Shown: piece after piece, positions 47,293 through 55,737 of the stretch | Position numbering within the stretch: position 1 is the stretch's first letter | Layout of the letters: each line of letters opens with the position of its first letter | Source of the DNA: a virus | Lineage: Duplodnaviria > Caudoviricetes | Virus record (IMG/VR): IMGVR_UViG_3300037466_002336 | Span: 20,013 to 84,012 of that record | DNA length: 64,000 bases | Direction: 5' to 3' (one strand) | The notes under the pieces: generated by a model | The model's database searches: none | The model's input: the letters and a program-made list of their open reading frames with translations, nothing else | What the model was told of the DNA's origin: nothing | Made by a program: the position numbers and the translations under genes

Positions 47293-47757
47293 ATGACCAT
47301 CGCAGAGGCGAAGCGCAGCAAGGACGACGTCCTGTACACGCGGCTGATGGCTTGGCGTGGCATCAGCGAAGGTGACGGCACGAGCGGCGGCTACGCGCAG
47401 TTCCAGACGTGCGACAAGTGCAAGCGCACCACCGACGACGACGGCAAGCCGGTGTACTGCCGCGGGTTCGTGTCGGAGGCGATGTGGTGCTTCGAGTGCT
47501 TCCTCGCCTACGGCGACCCGCCGCGGCGCGCGCCGGTCGAGCGCAAGCCCGGCGGCAACAACTCGGAGGTAGAGCGCACCGAGGGTCAGCTCACCGTCGT
47601 CGCCCGCATCATGGAGATGCGCGGTGAGGGGATGGGCTACCCGAAGATCGCGGCGCTGCTGAACGAGGCCGGTGTGCCGACGTTCGGCAGGCCCGGCGCG
47701 AAATGGCACGGACCGACCGTCCGCAACATCGTGCTCAAGCAGAACGGCCAGTCGTGA
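47293..47757 (+). CDS. Zn-finger plus stand-alone serine-recombinase DNA-binding domain
   Basis: CDKC...C..CFEC; C-terminal VVARIMEMRGEGMGYPKIAALLNEAGVPT...WHGPTVRNI. Confidence 0.75.
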   Translation: MTIAEAKRSKDDVLYTRLMAWRGISEGDGTSGGYAQFQTCDKCKRTTDDDGKPVYCRGFVSEAMWCFECFLAYGDPPRRAPVERKPGGNNSEVERTEGQLTVVARIMEMRGEGMGYPKIAALLNEAGVPTFGRPGAKWHGPTVRNIVLKQNGQS

Positions 47758-47954
47758 CCGGCGGCACCGTCGTCAACGTCGGCTGCGTCGTGCTGATCGC
47801 GTTCTCCTGCTGGTCGCTCACCCGCGACTGGCTGCGCAACCGGAACGAACGGCTGCGGCTGCACCTGTCGGAGTTCGTCGACGTGCACGGCGTCACCTGG
47901 GTCGGCGAGGACCTCGCCGAAGAAGTGGAGGTGTGGCTGCACGAAGTCGCGTAA
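47754..47954 (+). CDS. Small TM-containing hypothetical
   Basis: Hydrophobic N-terminus; coupled. Confidence 0.45.
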   Translation: MTGGTVVNVGCVVLIAFSCWSLTRDWLRNRNERLRLHLSEFVDVHGVTWVGEDLAEEVEVWLHEVA

Positions 47955-48224
47955 CCCCGACCAACCTGTGCTGGCGCACAGCCGAGCGCGCGCGGCGGGT
48001 CGCGTGGGCTACCTGGCTGTAACGAGCTCTGGGCGTGGCCGCGTCCTCATGTGGGAGGGGACGCGGAGAGTCTGAGCGGAAGCCCCATCGAGGGCAAGCC
48101 GTGCGGGCCGCTCTACCGACAACACGGTACCGGCCTTACTCGTGCGCGAGAGGCAACACCGCGCGCCGCGCGCTCGGCTGTGCGCCAGCACCGAACCGAG
48201 ACAACGACAAGGAGGTGGGAAGGC

Positions 48225-48494
48225 ATGGACCAGAAGGAGAGGCGGCAGATCGAGCACACCGTCGCGATGGTGCGCGAGCTGACCGAGCTCGAGACGGGCG
48301 CACGCGTGGGCGTCGACATTTCGCTTGTGGACCCGGACGTGTTCGACTCGCTCGACGGCGAGGTGAGACGCGAGGACGCGTACACCCCGGTCAAGACTGT
48401 GTTCGCGGACGGCCGCGGCAACTACGTGCACGTCTACCGTGCCGCCCCGTACGACCGTGACGGCGCCCGCAGGATCGAGAAGGGGGTCGCGTGA
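48225..48494 (+). CDS. Hypothetical protein
   Basis: AAGGAGG RBS, ATG 48225. Confidence 0.55.
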   Translation: MDQKERRQIEHTVAMVRELTELETGARVGVDISLVDPDVFDSLDGEVRREDAYTPVKTVFADGRGNYVHVYRAAPYDRDGARRIEKGVA

Positions 48495-48773
48495 TGGTCC
48501 TCGTGTTCGCGGACCGCGGCGAGCGGTGGTGGCATCAGGCGGCTGCGTGGCTGCTTGGGTTCATGGAGGGGCGCGGTGACCTCGGGTTGACGTGGGACGA
48601 CCCGTACACACCGCGCAGCGTCGCCTACGACCACGGCCGCAACGTGCGCCGTCTCGGAAGAACGTGACAGCCGCCGGCGTGTAAAGGGAATGTGCACTCC
48701 GTTCCAGGATTTCCACCACACGGAGTGCATATCCCACCCTCTGACGTCCGACGGTGCCCGTACGGTTCTGATC

Positions 48774-49211
48774 GTGCACCGGATCGGTCTGACGCACAGC
48801 TTCGACGCCGCCCATCGCGTCGTCGGCCACCAGGGGGGCAAAGGCAAATGCGCCCGCCTGCACGGCCACACGTACACGGTCGACCTGTCGATCGAGGCGC
48901 CCGAGCTCGACGTCACCGGGTTCGTCGTCGACTTCGGCGAGCTGAAAGACGAGATCAACCGGTGGGACCACCGCACGCTGCTGTGGGCCGACGACCCGAT
49001 CGCGGACGCGCTCGAGTGCAACGGGTGGGGCGAGTCGCTGGTGCGGCTGTCGTTCAACCCGACGGCCGAGAACATGGCCGCCTGGCTTGCGCGCAAGCTG
49101 TACACGCTCACAGACCAGAAGGAGGCACGCGTCACCGTCACGGTGCGCGAGACGGCAAAGAGCGCCGCGACAGCCTCCTACCCTGCGACCAGCGGGTGCG
49201 CGTGCGCGTGA
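48774..49211 (+). CDS. queD: 6-carboxy-tetrahydropterin synthase (start may be 48690)
   Basis: FDAAHR...CARLHGHTY...VVDFGELK...DHRTL...PTAENMA. Confidence 0.9.
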   Translation: MHRIGLTHSFDAAHRVVGHQGGKGKCARLHGHTYTVDLSIEAPELDVTGFVVDFGELKDEINRWDHRTLLWADDPIADALECNGWGESLVRLSFNPTAENMAAWLARKLYTLTDQKEARVTVTVRETAKSAATASYPATSGCACA

Positions 49212-49591
49212 CGGCCGCGACGATCTTCGTTCTCGTCGGCTGCGCGTTCATCGTCAAGGCCGCACACGCAACCACCACCACGACCATCGTGAAGCGCGTG
49301 TTCCGCTACCACCCGGAGCACGCGAACTGCATCGCCCGGCTCGAGTCGTCTTTGCGTCCGGACGCCGTCCACGTCAACAAGAACGGCAGCGTCGACCGCG
49401 GACTGTTCCAGATCAACTCGTTCTGGCTCGGCAAGCGCGTCCACTACTTCTCGCGGGCGCAGCGCCGCGGCGTGTCCATCGTCGTGACCGCCGCGCGCCT
49501 CTTCGACCCGTACTACAACGCCCGCGTCGCCTGGGCGATCAGCAAGGGCGGCCACAAGTGGGGGCCGTGGACGACAGCGGGGCACTGCTGA
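49208..49591 (+). CDS. Secreted lysozyme-like / lytic transglycosylase protein
   Basis: Signal/TM, CIARLES, DRGLFQINS, LFDPYYNARVA...WGPW. Confidence 0.8.
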   Translation: MTAATIFVLVGCAFIVKAAHATTTTTIVKRVFRYHPEHANCIARLESSLRPDAVHVNKNGSVDRGLFQINSFWLGKRVHYFSRAQRRGVSIVVTAARLFDPYYNARVAWAISKGGHKWGPWTTAGHC

Positions 49592-50391
49592 TGACCGCGT
49601 TCGCGCTCAGCGAGTGGTTCCACAGCGTTCAAGGTGAGGGGCAGCTCGCCGGGATGCCGTCGACGTTCATCCGGCTCGCGCACTGCAACCTCTCCTGCTC
49701 GTGGTGCGACGCCGCGTACACGTGGCGCGGCGACGTGAAGTACGACAATGTGGAGCTCGACGACCTGCTCGACCGTGTCCACCACGACCATGTGGTGTTG
49801 ACCGGCGGCGAGCCGACGTTCTCGGAAGGCTTCGACGAGCTGGTAGCGGCGCTCCACGGCGACGGCCGACACGTCACCGTCGAGACGAACGGGACGATCT
49901 TCCGGCCGGACGCGCTCGAGCACGTGGCGTTGTGGTCGCTGTCACCGAAGCTCGGCTCGTCGATGCAGGCCGGGTCGCTCCGCCTTGACGTCGTCGAGAA
50001 CTATCTGAAGGGCGGACGAGCGTCGCAGCTCAAGTACGTCGTCGACAGCGAGGACGACCTACAGGCTGTCATCGGCCACCTGCACGAAATGCAGGCGCGT
50101 AAGGCGCTCGACGGCGTCCCGGTGTACGTGCAGCCGAACGGCCTCTGCCACATCGCGGCGGTGACCGTCAACGCGGAGCAGCCGGGCAGCGGGGTGGTCC
50201 TCACCGACACGAAGCACGCCGACACGCTGCGCATGTACGACGGCGACGGGGTGGCGCTCGAGACGCCGTACCTCGACCGGGTGCGCTGGCTCTATGAGCG
50301 CATCGTCGAGCTCGACGCCGATCTGCCGGTGCCGGTACGCGCGACGGTGCAGGCGCACAAGCTCGCGTGGGGCAACCGGAGAGGCTTCTGA
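49591..50391 (+). CDS. queE: 7-carboxy-7-deazaguanine synthase (radical SAM)
   Basis: EWFHSVQGEG, FIRLAHCNLSCSWCD, LTGGEP, ETNGT, SPKL. Confidence 0.92.
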   Translation: MTAFALSEWFHSVQGEGQLAGMPSTFIRLAHCNLSCSWCDAAYTWRGDVKYDNVELDDLLDRVHHDHVVLTGGEPTFSEGFDELVAALHGDGRHVTVETNGTIFRPDALEHVALWSLSPKLGSSMQAGSLRLDVVENYLKGGRASQLKYVVDSEDDLQAVIGHLHEMQARKALDGVPVYVQPNGLCHIAAVTVNAEQPGSGVVLTDTKHADTLRMYDGDGVALETPYLDRVRWLYERIVELDADLPVPVRATVQAHKLAWGNRRGF

Positions 50392-51075
50392 TGAGCGGCG
50401 TGCTGGTGATGCGCAACCGCTCCGGCCGTGTGCTCGCCGTTCATGAGGCGGACACCGAAACGGTCGGGCCGCTCGTCGAGAACGCATGCGACGTCGTCGG
50501 CCAATACCCCGGCGTCGACTTCGTGCTCGTGTTCGCGAAGGACGCAGCGTGAAGCTCCACGCGACCTGCGAGCCGGTCGAGGTCGCTTCAGACAACGCGT
50601 GGCGCGCCTACCGTTCGGGTCGTCGCCGCTACTACGTCGAGGTGCGCATCCCGCGCGCGTTGTGGCGGGCGCTCGCGTATCGCTGCCGGTGCCACGGCCG
50701 CCGCTGGTGCCTCCTGGCGATCACGCAGACGCTGTGGTTCTTCCCGGAGCATCTGCTGTGGGACAAGGCACCGTTCCTGTCGACGCTGACGCGGGCGGTT
50801 GGGCTGTGAAGCTGCAACCGGTCGAAGCGACATACGGGCCGTTCACGGCGCGTATACAGGTTCAGTTCACCGGCTCGCGCGTCGCCGACGACGGACGCCC
50901 GTTGATCGGCACGTTCCGGATCAACCGTGAGTTCCGCGTCTACGGACGGCCGGTGCCGCGGCTGCTGTTCAGGGCGGCCGTGTACGCCTACGTCTTGCTG
51001 CGCGCGCGACCCGCGCGCGGCGTCACCACCGAGGCCGATGGAGCGGCGGCCGACACGTCCGAGGTGACGTCATGA
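50391..51075 (+). CDS. Three small hypotheticals (50391-50552, 50549-50809, 50806-51075)
   Basis: Coupled, between queE and queC. Confidence 0.45.
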
Positions 51076-51755
51076 AGGCAGCGGTTCTTCTGTCCGGTGG
51101 GCTGGACTCCACCGTGGCAGCAACGCAAGCGGCGGCCGTTCACGGCGCAAGCGAGGTCGTCGCGGTGCACATGCAGTACGGTCAGAAGCACAAGGTCGAG
51201 CGTGAGTCGGCTGAGCAGGTCGCGGAGTGGCTCGGCCTCGGCGCGTTCGAGGTCGTCGACGCCCGGTTCGTGTTCGCCGGCGGTGCGGCGCACTCGACGC
51301 TGCTCGACGGCGGCGCCGACGTTCCCGAGCTGACGTACGAGCAGCTCGAGGAGTCGGAAGGTCCGTCCGCGACCTACGTGCCGTTGCGCAACCCGGTGTT
51401 CGTGACCATCGCCGCGGCGAAGGCGATGATCGCCGGGGCCGGGGAGCTGTGGCTCGGTGTGCACGCAGAGGACGCGGCACGTGACGCGTACCCGGACTGT
51501 CGCGCCGACTGCATCGGCGCGCTCGGCGCCGCACTGTACATCGGCAGCTACCACGCGATGCGGGTCGTCGCGCCGCTCGCCGAGTTCACGAAGGCGGACG
51601 TGGTGTGCAAGGGCATTGACCTCGGCGCGCCGCTGCATCTGACCCACTCCTGTTACAACGGCGCGCGTCCGGCGTGCGGCAAGTGCCCGACCTGCATGGG
51701 TCGGCTCGCCGCGTTCACGGCGAACGGCGTCACCGATCCGATCGCCTATGCGTAG
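51072..51755 (+). CDS. queC: 7-cyano-7-deazaguanine synthase
   Basis: LSGGLDS, YGQKH, YVPLRN, YPDCR, SCY..CGKCPTC; no glutamine amidotransferase domain. Confidence 0.95.
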   Translation: MKAAVLLSGGLDSTVAATQAAAVHGASEVVAVHMQYGQKHKVERESAEQVAEWLGLGAFEVVDARFVFAGGAAHSTLLDGGADVPELTYEQLEESEGPSATYVPLRNPVFVTIAAAKAMIAGAGELWLGVHAEDAARDAYPDCRADCIGALGAALYIGSYHAMRVVAPLAEFTKADVVCKGIDLGAPLHLTHSCYNGARPACGKCPTCMGRLAAFTANGVTDPIAYA

Positions 51756-51804
51756 GCGGTCGGGGCAGAGCGGCGCGGGGAGAGCGGTGAACGCTCGTCC
51801 GTGC

Positions 51805-51815
51805 GCACTAGAGGC
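51805..51815 (+). promoter_or_regulatory. Motif GCACTAGAGGC (copy 7, upstream of folE)
   Basis: Exact 11-mer in the queC-folE intergenic region. Confidence 0.7.
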
Positions 51816-51899
51816 CCGTCGCGGTTCGGCTACCCCCTGCATCGCGTCGGTTGGCAGCACACATCGCGCCGCTCTGCCCGGACCGCTTACGGAGGCGTC

Positions 51900-52514
51900 G
51901 TGATCGATCGGTCAGGCGCAAGGGTGCGCTTCGACTCTCCGGACGTGCTGCGTCTCCACGACGCTGATGTGCCCGCCCTGGCGGTGGAGGCGCTGCTGCT
52001 TGCGATCGGGGAGAACCCGTCCCGTGACGGGCTGATCGAGACGCCGCAGCGGTACGTGAAGGCGCTCCGCGAGATGACGTCGGGGTACCACGAGGACCCC
52101 GCCGAGCTGTTCAAGACGTTCGAGAACGACGGCGACTACGACGGCATGGTGTCCGTCGGGCCGGTGCCGTTCTTCTCGCTGTGTGAACATCACCTTGTCC
52201 CGTTCTTCGGCGACGCGTGGGTCGCGTACATCCCCGGCGATCGCATCGTCGGCCTGTCAAAGCTCGCACGGCTCGTCGAGCTGTACGCGCGCCGGTTGCA
52301 GGTGCAGGAGCGGATGACAGAGCAGATCACGGCGGCGGTGCACCAACACCTCAAGCCGGAGGGTGTCGGCGTTCAGATCAAGGCGCGGCACCTGTGCATG
52401 GAAGCGCGCGGCATCCGCAAGGCTGGCACGTTCACCGTCACCCGGTCGTTGCGCGGCGTGTTCCGTTCTGACTCGGACGCGCGCGCGGAGTGGCTGCGGG
52501 GGTGCGGTGCGTGA
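51900..52514 (+). CDS. folE: GTP cyclohydrolase I
   Basis: GLIETPQR, SLCEHH..PF.G, GLSKLAR, RLQVQERMT, HLCM..RG. Confidence 0.95.
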   Translation: MIDRSGARVRFDSPDVLRLHDADVPALAVEALLLAIGENPSRDGLIETPQRYVKALREMTSGYHEDPAELFKTFENDGDYDGMVSVGPVPFFSLCEHHLVPFFGDAWVAYIPGDRIVGLSKLARLVELYARRLQVQERMTEQITAAVHQHLKPEGVGVQIKARHLCMEARGIRKAGTFTVTRSLRGVFRSDSDARAEWLRGCGA

Positions 52515-53383
52515 TCCTCTACCACGCCGGACAGTACGGCGGGCGCGGCGGCCAGACGGGCGACGGTAAGGAGTCCGGGCGACTGGCGCTGCTGCGTGCG
52601 GGCATCGCGATCCCGTTCGCGCTCGTCTCATACGCCGACGTCGACAACCTCGCCTCGTACACCCGAAGCGTGGCGCTCCTGCGCAAGCACGGCGTCCGGC
52701 GGTTGTTTCTCGACTCCGGCGCGTTCTCGGCGTGGACCCGCGGGCTGACTGTCGAGTTCGAGGACCTGTACGAGCTCATCGACGCGTTCAAGCCGGAGGT
52801 CTACGTGCAGCTCGACGTGATCGGAGAGCCTGAAGGCACACGGCTGAACCTGGAACGGATGCGCGCCGACGGGTACCGGCCGCTGCCAGTGTTCACGCGC
52901 GGTGCGCCGTGGTCGGATCTCACCCGGCTGCTCGACGAGGACGAGGACTACATCTGTCTCGGCAACATCGCGAAGGCGAAGAAGCCGGTGCGGATGGAGT
53001 GGTGCGGCAAGGTGTTCGCGCTCACCCGCGACTGGTGCGAACGCAACGACCGACCGCTGACCCGATACCACGCGTTCGGCGTCACCGAACAGAACGTCCT
53101 AACGGCGTTCCCGTTCTACTCGTGCGACTCGTCGGCGGCGCTGATGGTGTCGGCGTTCGGCAACACGCTCGCGTTCCGTGACGGCCGCCTACGCACGCTC
53201 GACCTCGGCGGCCGACACGCGCACCAGGCGCCGCACCTCGTCGACCAGCTCGCCGGCGACCTGATGTACACGACACGCCGCGGCGCCAGCATCGAGGCGC
53301 TCAACGCGATGGCCCGGCACATCACGAAGGTGTGGCGGGAGCGCGGCGTCGTCTGGCCTGACCAGCAGGAGCATCCGTGCTGA
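52511..53383 (+). CDS. dpdA: DpdA, DNA 7-deazaguanine transglycosylase
   Basis: LFLDSGAFS, LDVIG, YICLG, YHAFG, PFYSCDSS; adjacent to folE/que genes. Confidence 0.85.
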   Translation: MILYHAGQYGGRGGQTGDGKESGRLALLRAGIAIPFALVSYADVDNLASYTRSVALLRKHGVRRLFLDSGAFSAWTRGLTVEFEDLYELIDAFKPEVYVQLDVIGEPEGTRLNLERMRADGYRPLPVFTRGAPWSDLTRLLDEDEDYICLGNIAKAKKPVRMEWCGKVFALTRDWCERNDRPLTRYHAFGVTEQNVLTAFPFYSCDSSAALMVSAFGNTLAFRDGRLRTLDLGGRHAHQAPHLVDQLAGDLMYTTRRGASIEALNAMARHITKVWRERGVVWPDQQEHPC

Positions 53384-53586
53384 CGCCGCGGCTCGTTGTG
53401 ATGTTGGCGGCGTTGACCGCCGACGAACGCGAGGTGGTGATCGACCACTACTTCCTGAAGGTGCCGGTCGGCGACCTCGCTGGACGCCGCGGCGTGTCGA
53501 AGTCGCTGGTGCATCAGCAGCTCGCGAAAGCGCGCACGAAGATGCGCGACGCGCTGCTCGAGACGGGGTACAGGCATGCCGCCTGA
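53377..53586 (+). CDS. Sigma-70 region 4-like HTH protein
   Basis: LTADEREVV...VGDLAGRRGVSKSLVHQQLAKARTKMR. Confidence 0.7.
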   Translation: MLTPRLVVMLAALTADEREVVIDHYFLKVPVGDLAGRRGVSKSLVHQQLAKARTKMRDALLETGYRHAA

Positions 53587-53983
53587 TCCGAAGCCGCGCA
53601 TGCGGATCGTCAACAAGAACTGTCTGCCGGTTGACGCTTCCCCGGCGACCCGCATCGAAGGCGTCCGTGCCGTCGGTCGCTGCCCAATCTGCAACCAAGG
53701 CGCCGGTCTGAACCGTGCGCACGTGGTGCCGAAGGGTCAGCGCGGCGACGACGTCCCGGAGAACATGGCGTGGATCTGCGGCGACGGGGTGATGGGCTGC
53801 CACGGCTGCCTCACGCACGGCAACCGTGTGATCGGGCATCCGTTGACGCCGGAGCAGGTCGCGGAGCGGTTCGTCGTTTACTGCCGTGAGACGGTGCCCG
53901 AGCTCGGCCGATACGCGGACGAGCAGAAGTACGCCGGGTGGCTCGAGGACTACTACCTCGGCGACCAGGAGGCGGCGGCGTGA
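53576..53983 (+). CDS. HNH-like endonuclease
   Basis: CPIC...AHVVPKGQRGDD..EN...C...CH. Confidence 0.65.
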   Translation: MPPDPKPRMRIVNKNCLPVDASPATRIEGVRAVGRCPICNQGAGLNRAHVVPKGQRGDDVPENMAWICGDGVMGCHGCLTHGNRVIGHPLTPEQVAERFVVYCRETVPELGRYADEQKYAGWLEDYYLGDQEAAA

Positions 53984-54561
53984 GCTACCGGACGATCCTC
54001 GCCGACCCCCCGTGGTCGTACGACGAAGGGTTCGCGTTCAAGAAGAGCGATGGGACGATCGAGCACCAGAGTCTCCCGTACCCGTCGATGACGCTTGAGG
54101 AGATCGCCGCGATGCCGGTTGGCGATCTCGTGTCCAACGACGGCGCCTGGCTTTGGTTGTGGACGACGAACAGGTATCTGCCTGCGTCGCTCGACATCGC
54201 TGCGGGGTGGGGCTTCAAGTACAGCCAGACGCTTGTCTGGTGGAAGCGCGACGCTCAACCGCTTGGCGGGGCTGTGGCTCCGGTGCGCGCTGAGTTCATC
54301 ATTCTCGCGGCGACACCGAAGCATCCGAAGCTAACCGGCCGGATCGAATCATCGGTTCTGCCGCATGTGCGGTCCGGGCTTCGGCATTCGCAGAAGCCGG
54401 AGGCGTTCCAGTACATGATCGAGCAGGTGTCGCCTGGGCCGCGGCTCGAGATTTTCGCGCGTCGCAAGCTGCGCGGATGGGACGTATGGGGCAACGAAGT
54501 CGAATGTTCTGACGCCGCTGTTGCGGTGCTTGGCGCACCGCGACATGAGGTGGCGACGTGA
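53980..54561 (+). CDS. MT-A70-family N6-adenine methyltransferase
   Basis: ILADPPW, YPSMTLEEI, LWLWTT, WGFKY, HSQKPE. Confidence 0.9.
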   Translation: MSYRTILADPPWSYDEGFAFKKSDGTIEHQSLPYPSMTLEEIAAMPVGDLVSNDGAWLWLWTTNRYLPASLDIAAGWGFKYSQTLVWWKRDAQPLGGAVAPVRAEFIILAATPKHPKLTGRIESSVLPHVRSGLRHSQKPEAFQYMIEQVSPGPRLEIFARRKLRGWDVWGNEVECSDAAVAVLGAPRHEVAT

Positions 54562-55012
54562 AGCGCGTCACGGTCAACGGCAAGACGGCGGAGTACACGC
54601 TCGCCGAGGAGGAGTTCATGCGCGGCGTGGTGGCGTCGGGCGGTTACGGCGAGGCGGTGTTTCTGCACGAGCTGCACGCGACGTTCCAAGGCCGCTTCGA
54701 AGGCATGGAACGCGACGTGCCGGTCTACGAACAGGGGGCACTACTGTGAGGCGAACGATCACGTTCACGGACCGTCAGGGACGGTTCGCGGGCAAGGTGA
54801 CGGTGAGAGAAGGCGGGGGGCGAGGGAACCGGCACTTCAACGTACGGCGGCCGGACGGGCCGCCGTGCCCGGAGCCGGGCTGCGGGGCGCCGTTCGCGCC
54901 GGTGTGCCCGAACACGAGCTGCGAGGGCTACCGGGTGCCTCGCAATGTGATGCGGGTGGAGCGCGGGTGGGAGCCGCGCGAGCGGCGCGCACCGAAGGGA
55001 GGCGGACGGTGA
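54558..55012 (+). CDS. Two small hypotheticals (54558-54749, 54746-55012)
   Basis: Coupled. Confidence 0.45.
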
Positions 55013-55737
55013 GCGAGTTGACGGTGGACATGCCCGAGGTCGTCGAGTGGCCCATCGACCGGGTGCATCCGAACACATGGAACCCGAACGTCGTGCCGGA
55101 GCACACGATGCAGGCGCTCAAGGCGAACGTCACGAAGATGGGGTTCAACGCGGTGCTGCTCGTTCGGCCGCATCCCGTCGACGGCGCCGGCGCGCTCGTT
55201 GGGGAGAAGGGCGCCGGCGTCTCGGACACCGACGTGCAGATCGTCGACGGCGAGCACCGGTACCGCACCGCGCTCGCGGAGGGCTACACGCACGTGCCGG
55301 TCATCGTGCGTGCGTTCACCGACGCGGAAGCAAAGACGCAGACGATCGCGATGAACAAGCTGCGCGGCGAGATGGACCCCGCCGACGTTGCCCGGCTGGT
55401 GCGTGAAAACGCCGAGGACGGGTTGGAGCTTGCGGAGATGGCGACGTACACCGGCTACACGGAGGCGGAGCTGGAGGCCGGACAAAGGCTGCTCGAGTTC
55501 GACTGGTCGAGTCTCGGCCCGGCGCCGACCGACGGCGACACCCCGCCGGAACCAGACGACCGGTGGCTCGACCTGAAGTTCCGGGCGCCGCAGGCGGTCG
55601 CCGACATCGTGAACGGCGAGCTCGACCGGCTGATGCAGCACCTCGGCTACGACGAGTCGCAACGGGACACGCATCTGCACTTCGCGTTGGAGCTGATGGC
55701 TGTGACATCAGCGAACACCCCGGAAGGGCAGCTCTGA
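55009..55737 (+). CDS. ParB/Srx-like N-terminal domain protein
   Basis: PNTWNPN, MGF..VLLVR, IVDGEHR. Confidence 0.85.
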   Translation: MSELTVDMPEVVEWPIDRVHPNTWNPNVVPEHTMQALKANVTKMGFNAVLLVRPHPVDGAGALVGEKGAGVSDTDVQIVDGEHRYRTALAEGYTHVPVIVRAFTDAEAKTQTIAMNKLRGEMDPADVARLVRENAEDGLELAEMATYTGYTEAELEAGQRLLEFDWSSLGPAPTDGDTPPEPDDRWLDLKFRAPQAVADIVNGELDRLMQHLGYDESQRDTHLHFALELMAVTSANTPEGQL

